From an uncultured virus (IMG/VR IMGVR_UViG_3300005521_000001) (Duplodnaviria > Heunggongvirae > Uroviricota > Caudoviricetes), in IMG/VR virus record IMGVR_UViG_3300005521_000001: a DNA stretch of 64,000 nucleotides, one strand, 5' to 3'. Made by a program: the position numbers and the translations under genes. Below the pieces are notes generated by a model. That model saw nothing but the letters and a program-made list of their open reading frames with translations, was not told the origin of the DNA and did no database searches. Shown in pieces: positions 1-10,800 of the stretch (position 1 is its first letter; each line of letters opens with the position of its first letter).

Positions 1-5
1 TTGAC

Positions 6-347
6 TTGGAGAATAAACTACACGGACTACGACACTTACTCAAAGAAATAGACATTGATATGGATAAACTAATGGTGTTTGTTGAAGCAAATGCAAGACC
101 ACTAAACTTCGCTACCAACCCTGCCTTCTTCACTATATCTCATGAAATAAAAGACCAATGCGCTTCAAGAAGGGATATGCCCGATAACATGGAGAATAAA
201 TTAAGAAAAATTGATGACTTCACAAGAAGGTCAATTATTACCAAAGGCAAAAGAGAAAACTGGACTGACTTAGATTATGTCAAATTCTCGGCCAATCAAA
301 GGTTATTGAGGCGTGCGTGGTCGCACTGGTGCATTCAATTTGCGTGA
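6..347 (+). CDS. hypothetical protein, probably 5'-truncated by the window edge
   Basis: The only plausible plus-strand ORF. It has no competing long minus-strand ORF and converges on 335..709. Confidence 0.55.
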   Translation: MENKLHGLRHLLKEIDIDMDKLMVFVEANARPLNFATNPAFFTISHEIKDQCASRRDMPDNMENKLRKIDDFTRRSIITKGKRENWTDLDYVKFSANQRLLRRAWSHWCIQFA

Positions 348-709
348 TTCTTCAAATAGTCAATGAGAACCGCTTTAGTGCCTTTTGTATCAAGGTCGTA
401 TTTTTCACAAAGAGCGACTAAATCAGCCTTCTTCATTTTCTTTAGAGCGTTAAGGTTTGGTATCTCATTCTTAAAATCTTCAAGTTCATCAATAACTTCT
501 TCCGCTTCTTCAATCAGGTCTTTTACTTCGCTAAGTGAAAGAACCCCATCTTCCATAGCCTTATCAATTTGGGGCTTGAGTCTAAGATATTGTTTGTATA
601 ATAAAGCGATACCTGCCAAAGCGATACCCAAATATAGCATAATCGTGGTTGAGTCCATAATAGAACCCATGATGGTATCACTTAAAATCTTATCGAATTG
701 TTTGTCCAT
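335..709 (-). CDS. membrane-anchored protein with a C-terminal SAP-like DNA-binding motif
   Basis: Hydrophobic segment IMLYLGIALAGIALLY, an acidic helix, and C-terminal LKKMKKADLVALCEKYDLDTKGTKAVLIDYL resembling SAP. The start is uncertain (709, 670 or 658). Confidence 0.6.
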   Translation of the reverse strand: MDKQFDKILSDTIMGSIMDSTTIMLYLGIALAGIALLYKQYLRLKPQIDKAMEDGVLSLSEVKDLIEEAEEVIDELEDFKNEIPNLNALKKMKKADLVALCEKYDLDTKGTKAVLIDYLKNHAN

Positions 710-748
710 GATTAACGCTAACAACACACCTATAATTACCTATTGGAA

Positions 749-850
749 TTAATAGGGTTTAGCCCATAATTTTGCCTGTGCTATTTTACAATCGAAGCAC
801 ATTTCACTAACTGGATAATCACACGGGTTCTTGCATTCAACTTCTTCCAT
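749..850 (-). CDS. 33-aa Cys-rich microprotein (MEEVECKNPCDYPVSEMCFDCKIAQAKLWAKPY)
   Basis: Translated by hand. A class II-like promoter lies at 871-878 at the usual spacing, and the peptide has CxxxC..CxxC. Confidence 0.5.
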   Translation of the reverse strand: MEEVECKNPCDYPVSEMCFDCKIAQAKLWAKPY

Positions 851-882
851 ATATCATTCAACACAAATAGGGTTTATCACCA

Positions 883-2781
883 TCATGGGTATTTGATGAT
901 TCTTGAATTATTCCCCACCGGCATTCCCCTATCCCATGTTAAGTCAGTATCAATTACCAAAAAGACTCGACAAGTGACTGGATTGTTTGGGTCAATATCC
1001 TCAATAACTGCACTATGCTCCCCTGCGTCTATGAATCTGACTTTATTACTCATTGCCGTATAGTCGTTTGAGGACAATATCATTACCCCATTAAACTCAA
1101 CGGGCATTGGTCCGAGTCCACCACTACCACTCTCCAACCAAGCCATATTACTGACAAAAATATGTGGAATAACGAAGTTATTAGTGTTATCAAAATAATA
1201 TACCACTGAATCAGTTCCACCGGTGAGATTTCCTCTCCTATCATCCTCTCCAATTTGACCATTAAAAATAAATTCCCTTCCACAGTTCTCTGCCACCGTT
1301 CCTACATGACTAATTTCAAAAATTTGACCTGACCCTGTTTGTGTATGTTCACAAGTAAATACATCAACATTCTCATTAATTGTTGCACCACTTGAAACAC
1401 CTAACTCAATTGTGTCGCCAGTCTGTAATAATCTAAATGGAGAAAAATGATGCGTGGTTGGGTTTTGGTCATGCTTAAACAATTGGCGAATATCTGTTCC
1501 TCCACCACCACCACCTGTCGCACTTAGGGTTGAACCTGCCAAAGATAGCCCCGTTCCAATTGTCAATGCGCCCAAATCACCGTTAGCGTCAGCATGAACT
1601 ACTGCACTTGTTGTAGCCGATTGACGGATTGTTCCTGTCACATCTAATTCAGTTTGGGGATTAGTGTTAGCGATACCAATTGCCGTAGCATCCTGTGCGC
1701 CTTTGATAGTTATTCTTTCTGGTTGCCCTGTCGTAGCATCATCAGTCTTAACCCAAAAATCACCGTTGTAAGCATAGACACCATCTCCACCATCAAATTG
1801 TATTGGTTTGTTAAAGTAAAAATAACTTTTATCTGTTAATACATGAGCAAAACTTGCGTTTTGAGAACCTATTTTAACATAACCTGTATTACTCCCTATA
1901 TGCAATAAAGGCTCATTTGCACCACTGACAGACGCTTGTAATTTTATTTTTGCAGTAGCAGGGGCAGTTATTGAGCCAGTAGCGGTTTCATCAATAACAA
2001 TAGATTTCCCCGTGTCCATTGTCACATCACCTGCTAAATCAAGTGTTGCTTCTCCTTCAACTGCGGAGATAGCCATAGCGTCAGTATAAGAAGTTCCACC
2101 ACTTACTGTTTGCCAAGAGCAAGTGCCGTCGCCATCTTCTCTTAAAAATTTAGAACCTCCCTGTTCACCTGTTGATTTCAATTCTGTTCCTTCAAGGTCG
2201 CAGTTAATAACTACTTTATCACCGGCAGTTCCAACTGTGTTTATGCCTGTGCCTCCTTCGACCTTAGCAGTATTACCATCAGCAATAGTTTGATTAGTGC
2301 CTGTATCACCTGCAAGAATAAAAGAAACCATTGGTGTTGTTGATAGCGACAAATCAATAGTTCCACTTAGGGTCACTGGATTAGTGCCTGTCAAGGTTAT
2401 GCTTCCATCTGTTGAAGAAAGTCCTATACTTGTGACTGTTCCACTACCACCACTACCCCCTTGTTGATTGACCCATTGAGTATTGTAGTCCTGTGCGTTT
2501 ATTTTTGCCAATACTTGATTTGTTGAGCCACCTGCCGGAACACCGACCCCATCAGAACCTTTTGCCCCTGTTGCCCCTATTGCCCCTATTGCGCCTGTCA
2601 AAGTGGTAGTGGTAGTGGTTGTTGGTATTTCTTCAAAGACACCTGCTATCTTGGCCTTTCTAACCAATTCAATATATGTATCTTTGGCATGGGTTTTAAC
2701 CCCTGCTTGATTCAACCGTGACCTCAATTGGTCAGGAGCATTATTAGGATTGCCGGAGTTCGCATTAGCCACTTGTCTCAT
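883..2781 (-). CDS. tail fibre / virion adhesin with a short collagen-like segment
   Basis: GAIGAIGATGAKG repeats, VPAGGSTNQVLAK..DYNTQW and IGIANTNPQTELDVTG motifs typical of phage fibres; rich in G/T/S. Confidence 0.7.
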   Translation of the reverse strand: MRQVANANSGNPNNAPDQLRSRLNQAGVKTHAKDTYIELVRKAKIAGVFEEIPTTTTTTTLTGAIGAIGATGAKGSDGVGVPAGGSTNQVLAKINAQDYNTQWVNQQGGSGGSGTVTSIGLSSTDGSITLTGTNPVTLSGTIDLSLSTTPMVSFILAGDTGTNQTIADGNTAKVEGGTGINTVGTAGDKVVINCDLEGTELKSTGEQGGSKFLREDGDGTCSWQTVSGGTSYTDAMAISAVEGEATLDLAGDVTMDTGKSIVIDETATGSITAPATAKIKLQASVSGANEPLLHIGSNTGYVKIGSQNASFAHVLTDKSYFYFNKPIQFDGGDGVYAYNGDFWVKTDDATTGQPERITIKGAQDATAIGIANTNPQTELDVTGTIRQSATTSAVVHADANGDLGALTIGTGLSLAGSTLSATGGGGGGTDIRQLFKHDQNPTTHHFSPFRLLQTGDTIELGVSSGATINENVDVFTCEHTQTGSGQIFEISHVGTVAENCGREFIFNGQIGEDDRRGNLTGGTDSVVYYFDNTNNFVIPHIFVSNMAWLESGSGGLGPMPVEFNGVMILSSNDYTAMSNKVRFIDAGEHSAVIEDIDPNNPVTCRVFLVIDTDLTWDRGMPVGNNSRIIKYP

Positions 2782-3064
2782 CCTCCCCGATATAACAATC
2801 GAATGAAAATTTCTTCCCTTTGAAAATCATAGCGGGCGTTGAGTTATCAATCTCGATAGCCTTCTTGTTCAAACCCAACATGGTATCTATGAAGTTTTGA
2901 ACATTCCCCTCTGGAGCAGGTATGGAATGACTATCTCCTTTAATATCCACTAACCATTCGCCATCGAGTTCAGTTATTCTAACAGTTTTCTTCAATCCCA
3001 AACTATGTGCTTGATAACCTGTTAGTATATTTCCATGATTATTTTTTTCAATCCAAACCATCAT
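2765..3064 (-). CDS. hypothetical protein
   Basis: ORF in a tightly packed operon. Start moved to ATG 3064, just after the upstream stop. Confidence 0.6.
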   Translation of the reverse strand: MMVWIEKNNHGNILTGYQAHSLGLKKTVRITELDGEWLVDIKGDSHSIPAPEGNVQNFIDTMLGLNKKAIEIDNSTPAMIFKGKKFSFDCYIGEDETSG

Positions 3065-3068
3065 GTTA

Positions 3069-3500
3069 TCATTCCCATTCCCTGCTAAACCTATTTGTGA
3101 ATTTACCCGAACCATCCCACAGAATAGGAGCGGGTGATGACTTCCTAAACTCATTTATCTCATCTTCTATTGAAGAACATTTTGTTAAATGTCTAAATAG
3201 AGTTTCAATTAAATCCAAAGGGTTGTAGTCACTCCCCTTCGCTACCTGTATTTTGCCTTCGCCTTCATAATCTCTAAAATAGAAAGACCATGAACCCGTT
3301 GCATTGGTTATGACTGTGATTGCAGGGTTCTTGTCAAGACAATCAGGAGTGAACCCCGATAGCCCCATGCCTCCTTTGCCGGACACCTGCCAAGTGATGA
3401 AAAGATGGATTTCGTCATCGTCTTCCATAAAGCCCATACCTACCCATATTGTGAACCGGTTATTGACTATAACCTTTCTATGGGGGATATGGTTTGCCAA
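3069..3500 (-). CDS. hypothetical protein
   Basis: 143-aa ORF in the operon. Confidence 0.65.
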   Translation of the reverse strand: MANHIPHRKVIVNNRFTIWVGMGFMEDDDEIHLFITWQVSGKGGMGLSGFTPDCLDKNPAITVITNATGSWSFYFRDYEGEGKIQVAKGSDYNPLDLIETLFRHLTKCSSIEDEINEFRKSSPAPILWDGSGKFTNRFSREWE

Positions 3501-3682
3501 CCGTCATTATCAGGCTCATGGCCTACAACAATTGGCTTTGGTGATATTCTTACATCACTTGGGTTTTGCTTCCTACTCTTCGCTTCTTGATACACTTTAT
3601 GCATTGCTTCTTTCAATGAACCTTCAAATTCTAATTGAATATGTTCATATCCGAAGTCAATGAATATGAAAAATTGTTTCAT
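3467..3682 (-). CDS. hypothetical protein
   Basis: ATG 3682 lies 19 nt from the class I promoter motif at 3701. Confidence 0.65.
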   Translation of the reverse strand: MKQFFIFIDFGYEHIQLEFEGSLKEAMHKVYQEAKSRKQNPSDVRISPKPIVVGHEPDNDGWQTISPIERL

Positions 3683-3716
3683 ATTACAACCTTTACAATC
3701 CACCTATATGAAGCAT

Positions 3717-4406
3717 TTACTCGATATTATGGTTTTTAGGTGTTAAAGTCCTATTATTGATTAACTTTTTCCATTTTACACCCTCTGGAGTTTGTAAAAA
3801 TTCGTTATGGATTGCTATACGCTTGTGATGTTCCGCTATCCTACTCTCCCCTCTCGGAGTTCCTAATTGTGAGCGTATCAACCTACCGTTCTCATCTCTT
3901 GGATTCTGTGAGTGTGTTATTCCTTCCTTCCATACTTTTCTCTGTTGAGCCGTTCTAATCTTAAGACCACCAAGAGCCAAAGATATTTCTTGATTCGCTT
4001 CGCCCATAGACCATTCTCCATTTGACAAATCTTCCTCCGAGCCACATAGAGCGAACCATATATCATCTGTTTGAAGTCCATACAAAACTATTCCATAGTC
4101 TATTTGTAATTCTCTTTCAGCCTTAGTTAGAGCCATGCGCTCATCGGCTGATTGAATTACTGGAAGCCAACTCATATCACTTGACTCTGCCTCTTTAGCG
4201 TCATTCAAAGATTTGTTAAACCATTTCTCCATAGCACCAATACCATGATACAATGAAGGCGAGTAATGTTCAGCCGTCAGGACTTCGCCATTGACAATAA
4301 TACCACTTCGTATTTGCCAATAATACTCATCATTGTTGTGGTTATATCTTTTCAAAAACATTAGGTATGAGTCATTCTTCTTCATCGTCAAGTTCATCGA
4401 GTTCAC
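3717..4406 (-). CDS. hypothetical protein
   Basis: 229-aa ORF; exact start uncertain. Confidence 0.7.
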   Translation of the reverse strand: MNSMNLTMKKNDSYLMFLKRYNHNNDEYYWQIRSGIIVNGEVLTAEHYSPSLYHGIGAMEKWFNKSLNDAKEAESSDMSWLPVIQSADERMALTKAERELQIDYGIVLYGLQTDDIWFALCGSEEDLSNGEWSMGEANQEISLALGGLKIRTAQQRKVWKEGITHSQNPRDENGRLIRSQLGTPRGESRIAEHHKRIAIHNEFLQTPEGVKWKKLINNRTLTPKNHNIE

Positions 4407-4725
4407 TCTCCAACATGGCTAAATCTTCCACCTTAATATACAATGCTATTTTCCTTGCATATCCTTGAGTTAGACCGGCTTGTTCTTGCATCATCCTTGC
4501 TATTAGTGGAACTGCTTCGCCAACACTGACAATCCGACCCTCCCTCATGAATTTCTTCATTATATTGCCTAATTCTCTTGAGGTTGGGATTCTTCTTACG
4601 CCCTGTGATTTCCATGTATCAATTAAATCCGCCACAGTGAACGGTCCGGATATATGATTGTCAAGAAGTTCATTGACCATAACAAGACGATGTAAACCTT
4701 TACTACTTCCTCTCGCCATATTCAT
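4372..4725 (-). CDS. hypothetical protein, possibly a winged-helix DNA-binding protein
   Basis: GPFTVADLID..IPTSRELGNIMKK..EGRIVSV resembles a wHTH pattern; ATGA-coupled to the upstream gene. Confidence 0.55.
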   Translation of the reverse strand: MNMARGSSKGLHRLVMVNELLDNHISGPFTVADLIDTWKSQGVRRIPTSRELGNIMKKFMREGRIVSVGEAVPLIARMMQEQAGLTQGYARKIALYIKVEDLAMLESELDELDDEEE

Positions 4726-4913
4726 TCCTCCTGTGTAGTGATGAAAAACTCAAAACCTTCCATATCTTCAATGTTTCTTAGTTCATTCTTAACAATTGCC
4801 ATTATACTTGTAATTATACCTACTGCATACGGGTTATCGTCAAAATCCTCAACAATATCTCCACCATCTAATGTGTCGCTTATCTCTTCTAATACTGTTC
4901 TAAGACTCATCAT
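4722..4913 (-). CDS. small acidic hypothetical protein
   Basis: 63 aa with ATGA overlaps on both sides. Confidence 0.6.
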   Translation of the reverse strand: MMSLRTVLEEISDTLDGGDIVEDFDDNPYAVGIITSIMAIVKNELRNIEDMEGFEFFITTQEE

Positions 4914-5041
4914 TCTTCCTCCAAGTCATGATACACTGGTTCAATTTCAGGTTCTTCATCAATTTTCTGTCCTTTCAATATCGCTTTAGAGTGTTTCGCT
5001 CTAAATCTCGTCATCTTCGCTCGCTTTTGTTTGCTTCGCAT
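4910..5041 (-). CDS. 43-aa microprotein (basic N-terminal half, acidic C-terminal half)
   Basis: Translated by hand as MRSKQKRAKMTRFRAKH..EEE. Its ATG is 19 nt from the class I motif at 5060 and it overlaps the next gene by ATGA. Confidence 0.65.
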   Translation of the reverse strand: MRSKQKRAKMTRFRAKHSKAILKGQKIDEEPEIEPVYHDLEEE

Positions 5042-5072
5042 AACCTATCGTTAGGACATCACCTATATAAAC

Positions 5073-5714
5073 TTATTCATAAAAGTGTGTATTATCATCT
5101 TTATTGAGTATTTTGTCCTTTATCCTATTACCTAATTTGTATCTGGTGTTTTCTCCTTTTGGATATGGTTCGACTGTGTAGTTCATGGCCTTCAATAATT
5201 TCTTCCTACTCTTCCCTGTGCAAAATACATACCTATGCTTTGAAGTTCTAACCTTTCTAAGGTGATTCATTGAATTGTCATAATGCCTTGAATGCTTATT
5301 CTTCCCTGTGTATTTCTCTGTCCTCTGTTTAGTCTTGCCTGTGTATATCCAATTTGTCGCTTGGTATATGTAGCCCTTGTGTCCTTTTCCATCGTCAGCG
5401 TAAGAAACGATTAACAAGTCCTCTTTCTTAAGTCGCTTCAAACACCGTGAAACAAACCTGCTCAATGTGTTTTTAGGTAGTCCATCATTAACTATCAGTC
5501 TGTTTAATTCATAGACCATGTGGGAGTATTCGTGACCGCATATTCCATAACATAGGTTATTACTAACTGGTTTTCCAAAAGTGCAAACTCCTACCATTTC
5601 ACTATCTCTAAAAAGACCAAACGCATAAGTTATCATTGGCATTCTTTGAGCATAATGTTTGTTAAGAATAAAATCCTTAGTGTCTTGGTATTCTATTCTT
5701 CTAACTTGAAACAT
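5073..5714 (-). CDS. Mom-like (GNAT fold) DNA adenine-modification enzyme
   Basis: FILNKHY, VGVCTFG, YELNRL, IVSYAD..GHKGYIYQATNWIYTG motifs as in Mom-family proteins. SD-like GAAGTGA precedes ATG 5714. Confidence 0.7.
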   Translation of the reverse strand: MFQVRRIEYQDTKDFILNKHYAQRMPMITYAFGLFRDSEMVGVCTFGKPVSNNLCYGICGHEYSHMVYELNRLIVNDGLPKNTLSRFVSRCLKRLKKEDLLIVSYADDGKGHKGYIYQATNWIYTGKTKQRTEKYTGKNKHSRHYDNSMNHLRKVRTSKHRYVFCTGKSRKKLLKAMNYTVEPYPKGENTRYKLGNRIKDKILNKDDNTHFYE

Positions 5715-5718
5715 GATT

Positions 5719-6510
5719 TCACTTCGCATTGAATATGTCGTAAATTCTTTCAGCAGTTTTTTCTCCAATTCCGTCTATCTTTTGTAAGTCCTCAACGCTT
5801 GCATCGGATAATTCTTTCAAAGAAGGGTAGTGACTAATTATAATCCTTCTCAATTTCCTTCCAATCTTCGGTAGGGCTTCAACAATAGCATTCCTGTATT
5901 CCTGTGGCTTAGGTGACTTAGGGCGTGGAACATACAGTCTGGCGTGGTCGTCATCAATCTTATCCATAATTTTGCGAACTATGATAGATGCATCGTATTT
6001 ATCACCAATGAAAATAGGTGGGTAGCCAACTGCACATAGACTGGCTATGAAACCCGTCAGGACTTGTTCACTAACTCCCCTGTGTATCACTTCTTCCTTG
6101 ATTTCATTGTATGACTTAGTGACAATTAGGTATGAATACTCCGCTTCTTCTCGCATAGCCCCCAATTGCCGTAGTCGCCTGTCATCGAATAGGCTATCCA
6201 TAAAATCATCTTCCTTTCTTTCAACGCTGACTTTCATTCCCGTCAAGTCACCTTCACCAGTTTTTAGATGTGCTACTTCAAATCCCAACTGGCTGAAATA
6301 TGCAACCATCAATGGGTGTTCTCTGTGGTCTATCTTTCTATGTCGGCTCAACATTTCTAACAAAATACTTTCTCCAACAACCCCACGCATCACATTATCT
6401 TCACTCATGGCTCTAAGTAAGCCTAATTTATTCCCCAAAGTGCCTTTCTCTAATAGGTCAGTCACCTTTGCGGGGTCATCCTTAATCAAGTCCATTCTCT
6501 TTATTCTCAT
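5719..6510 (-). CDS. ERCC4/XPF-family structure-specific endonuclease with C-terminal HhH motifs
   Basis: GD..VERK..DF..SL.D.R..RQ catalytic motif and two HhH motifs (LPKIG, IDGIGEKTA). Confidence 0.9.
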   Translation of the reverse strand: MRIKRMDLIKDDPAKVTDLLEKGTLGNKLGLLRAMSEDNVMRGVVGESILLEMLSRHRKIDHREHPLMVAYFSQLGFEVAHLKTGEGDLTGMKVSVERKEDDFMDSLFDDRRLRQLGAMREEAEYSYLIVTKSYNEIKEEVIHRGVSEQVLTGFIASLCAVGYPPIFIGDKYDASIIVRKIMDKIDDDHARLYVPRPKSPKPQEYRNAIVEALPKIGRKLRRIIISHYPSLKELSDASVEDLQKIDGIGEKTAERIYDIFNAK

Positions 6511-7667
6511 TTCTTAATCCACTTCCGTTTAATTTGTTTTCTCTGATTCACTTCTCCGAAGTCAATGAATTTAGGACATGCGCTACCGACACAACACCCG
6601 TCTTTCTTGAGAGTGGTGCAATTAGCAACCGATGAATAGCGGGGGTCATCAAAGATTGTAGCCATTTGATACCGCCTATGTTCTCCGTTGTGTAAATCCA
6701 CATATCCCATTTGTGTTCCTAATTGTAGCCACACGGCTTCTAATTGCTCTTGGGTCATATGTAGCGTCTTAGCGAACATGGCCGTATGGAAGCGTGCTTT
6801 ATGAGCCGGATTACGGCGTTTCAGTTCATTGACAACCCCCATACATTTCTCATTTAATGATTGTAGGAAAATGGAAGTTTCAGACTTAGAATCGGCAAAA
6901 CCAAATTCACTATCTATGACTGGTTTCAATTCAGTCTCCGGTTTATGCAATTTAACATCAATCAAAGAAATAAATTCCCTGAGCGTAAGTCTATCTCCTT
7001 CACACTTAGGTATAAAGTATTGAGGCCGATAACTTCTATTGACAATTTCATCATGTCCTATCGTTTCCAATTTCCTGATTGGAACTGGCATGGCGTATCT
7101 CCCCGACACTTTTCCATCCTTATTCACATGGCGAGTATATGGCATTCGGCATAATCGCTTTGGGTCGCCTGTTGTCTGTTCATCCAATGTATTCAACCCC
7201 AATGTATGCTTTAGATGGGTTTGTGTTTGATTGACTAAGTTCTTCAACGCTTCACTTGAACCGTCTTTATGGTCAAACTTGAACCGTGTCGGCTTATGGA
7301 GAACAAATAGATGATAGCCTTTGCTACCGCTATATTGAACCCAATGAGCCACATTTATTCCCGATAGATACTGTGACAACCTTTGAGCATCAGCAAAAGC
7401 ATTCTCCGGCTTTGATGGATGGTCGAAGTCAAAGAAGGTTAAGCCATAAATAATTGACTTAGGAACTTGTTTTCCAAAATCAAATGATAAATTGTCATAA
7501 CCCGCCGTTGATATAAAACAAGAATTTTCTCCTTCCCATTGGATGAACTTTCGATAAGTTTGTTCCGTCGCATAAACAAATTGTTGGCGGGGATTGCCTA
7601 CTGCTCTTGGATAATGTGAAAAACCCAAATTCTCGCAAATAGAATCAACTCTATCTGGAGTCAGCAT
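6507..7667 (-). CDS. priS: archaeo-eukaryotic primase, PriS catalytic domain fused to a PriL-like Cys-rich C-terminal domain
   Basis: FFDFD (motif I), YSGSKGYH (II), DPKRLCRMPYT (III), and C-terminal C..NC..CC..C cluster. Start 7667 is 19 nt from the class I motif at 7686. Confidence 0.85.
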   Translation of the reverse strand: MLTPDRVDSICENLGFSHYPRAVGNPRQQFVYATEQTYRKFIQWEGENSCFISTAGYDNLSFDFGKQVPKSIIYGLTFFDFDHPSKPENAFADAQRLSQYLSGINVAHWVQYSGSKGYHLFVLHKPTRFKFDHKDGSSEALKNLVNQTQTHLKHTLGLNTLDEQTTGDPKRLCRMPYTRHVNKDGKVSGRYAMPVPIRKLETIGHDEIVNRSYRPQYFIPKCEGDRLTLREFISLIDVKLHKPETELKPVIDSEFGFADSKSETSIFLQSLNEKCMGVVNELKRRNPAHKARFHTAMFAKTLHMTQEQLEAVWLQLGTQMGYVDLHNGEHRRYQMATIFDDPRYSSVANCTTLKKDGCCVGSACPKFIDFGEVNQRKQIKRKWIKK

Positions 7668-7693
7668 GAATGATAGGGCTACCAACACCTATT

Positions 7694-7852
7694 TTAAGAA
7701 TGCTTTTTCCACCATTTCTTAAGAGCATTTAATCCGGCGTGACCAAAAGTAAAAAGCAAGAGATAAAATGTGCATTCAAGTATAACTGCGGCCACCAACC
7801 ACTCTCCTTCAATACAATTCTCCTTCCCATTTGCTGATACACAATACATCAT
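7694..7852 (-). CDS. 52-aa putative membrane microprotein
   Basis: Translated by hand as MMYCVSANG..WLVAAVILECTFYLLLFTFG..KKWWKKHS; TGATG-coupled to the upstream gene. Confidence 0.55.
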   Translation of the reverse strand: MMYCVSANGKENCIEGEWLVAAVILECTFYLLLFTFGHAGLNALKKWWKKHS

Positions 7853-10800
7853 CAAGCACCTAATCCTGATTCTCTAATGAAAGTCGCAGTATATGGTGTT
7901 TGGTCAATGCTTCCGCCTTGTCTGTTGTAGTCAAATGATGTGATTCTTCCAATGAAAGTTTTACTGTCAGGCACTCCTTCAAAATTTACAGTTTGCCATT
8001 CTATTTCCACCAAAGAACCGGATAGTAATAGTTCTTCCATGTATTGAATATCCCTGTTTTGTGTATCTTTAAGGAATGAACCACTCAAAGTAAATTCATC
8101 AGCCCTCTGTCCTGTGTCGCTTATCTCTGGATATATCGAGTCCAATACCGCCGTTTGAGATAATGAAGCCCTTCTTGTTCTTCGGAAGGAAGCAGGTTGT
8201 GTTTGTAGTCGAAGTGGAACTATCGTAGTCGCAGGTAATACTTTGACAACTTGTGAAGCAATTGGGCTTGTTCCTCCGTCACTATCAGTCACAACAAGAG
8301 TCGCTTGGTATTCACCTGCAATAGCAAATGTATGGTCTTGGTATGTTTGCGCTCCACCAACTGTTGTTGAACCATCTCCAAACACAAATGTGTAGCCGGT
8401 TAATGTTGTCTCATTATTCAATGTATAAGATTGTGAACCATCGAAGCGAATACTTTGACCCGCTCTAACCAAACTGGGTATTGCTCTCAATATACCAACT
8501 GGCTCTGTTCCATCCACTCCTATTCTCAAATCCGGTGTTGATATGTCCGATATGTTGCCATTGTCGTCTTTCGCTTGAGCCGTCAGGAGAAAATATGTAG
8601 CCGGTGCAACTGGTGATGATGAATATACATGTGACATTTCAAGTGTGACCGATGATAAAGCGGTTTCGACTGGAACAAAGCCACTATCCGTTCCATCTCC
8701 AAAGTTTATTTTAATTTCTGTAATTTTCCTGTCAGGGTCTATTGTAGTTCCATACCCTGTCACACTTACGATATGTCCGACCTTTGTTGTAATTGATTGA
8801 GGCGTGCCACCTGCACCAACTGTTGTTGCAGTTTGTCCGTTGTATGTGTTGCCTATTACTGCTACATCTGTTGTTGGTTTATGGTCATATAACAATTCCC
8901 ACTTAGTTATTGTTGGCAATTGTCTGTAATTAACTGGGTGAAGTGAACTGTCTTCCGTCGAAGGCATGTAAAAATTGAATCTTATTACAAACCCATTAGT
9001 TATGTGCGTTGTTGGTAAATCGCTCAAATCTATATTGCCAATGTCTGCTACAAAGAAAGGGTCTAAGTCTTGAAAACCGTCTATTGGTGTTGTTGCTTCT
9101 CTTGCTATTTGACAATCAGTGGGTAAAGTAGGAGGTTCAAAGAGGGATATTGTTATATTTCTCTTTTTCGATGTATCTATGTTTTCAGCATGAATTTGTA
9201 AAGAATTATATTTTGCTATGGCTACACCCGATGGTTGGCTCATAACTGTTGTATCAACTGTAAATGGCAACATGGCCGGAGTCGGAAGGTGTCTAAATAT
9301 GATTTCATCTATTTGAACATCTTTACACGATTGAGACAATGCAGGGGTTGAGTATGTAATGGGGATTGTTTTATCATTGAGCATGTTTGAATAATGCTCC
9401 GGCATAGTTCTTGGTAAATATAAATCTTCATTCATCAAACCTCCCGTGCCACCAAAAGACCATCGTTTGGCATATCCAAAGAAGGTTGTTGCTACACTAC
9501 CCCCAGTTTCTTGAAAAACCGCCTGTGCCGAGTTTGCTCTGCCAAAACCCGCAGGTTCTTGACCTCGGATTTGCTCATATGGATTGTTTATTCCCATTGT
9601 TGCTTGAGTCTCTGACAAAATGGGTTCAACAATGAACGGGTCACGATTAACAAATGTGAATAGATTAGCGTTTTTGATTGAAACTCCCCAAACCTCACCA
9701 TTATTATTAACATTTCTTGTCACTTCATTTCCATTTAAAGTGAAAATCATTTCTGTTTCTGTAAATGTTGCCCTAATGACTTGTGTTCCTTCCGTATAAT
9801 CAGCCGGTGTTCCATAAGACCCTCCACTTATTCTTCCAACCCCTGCTTTGCCACCTAATGCAAATGGTTTACCTCCAATGTAATTAGAAGCCGTGTAATG
9901 GGTATTGGCACTCATAAACCACACCGCAGTTCTCTCAAAAACTCCATCAAATGCGGGAGGGTTAGGTGTTCCTGTTCCGACCAATCTCGCATCTCTATTA
10001 GGTAAAGTGTAAAGGGGATAAGGATAACCTCTGGAAGCAAGAGTGCCTATACCACCATAACTTGCATGATTGCCGAAGTCTAACCTACTTTGAATTATGT
10101 TATTTGTAGCACTTCCCGCCGGAGGGGTAAGAAAACCTTCGGAGAAGTCATCATTAGTTTGAGTAGCAGGGATAAAAGTTCCATCATCATTAACAACTTT
10201 ATCCTTATCAACATATGGAACTGGTCTATATACTGCGTTTCTTGTAGCATTGTCAGCCAAAGGATGAAAACCCCAACCTGCATCTCTTGTAGCAGTATCA
10301 CCAATCCATGCGTGACGGCCAAATAGTGCATCATTTTCATTTTGGTCAAACTCTATAATGAAAAGGCGATTATCCAATTCTGGAACATAAACCGTCATTT
10401 CCATATCAAGATGAATAGGTGAACAACCCGTTTCACTAAGCCCAATAAGGTTAGTTTCTTGATTTGGTGGAACATGATGAACCGTTCCTTCTCCTGTCGT
10501 AAAACCGACTGAATAATTATTTAAAGCCGGAGACATAGCCAATCTTGTTCCTTCCCTTTCATGTGCAGGGAAGGGTCGGTTTCTTCCAAAATCCCATAGA
10601 CTACCTGTTCCGTGTTGCTTGGGCTTGATATAATCCCAAGCATGAGAACCCGTAGCCGAGTCCATGTATGACCATAGCGGGGATGAAATGCCTCTAAAAG
10701 CCCACTTATTGGGTATCATGTGGGAATAATGAGACATTAAATCCCCTCTTGGAATCCAAAAATTACTTCCAGATGGCACTCCAATTCCTGTCATGGAAGT

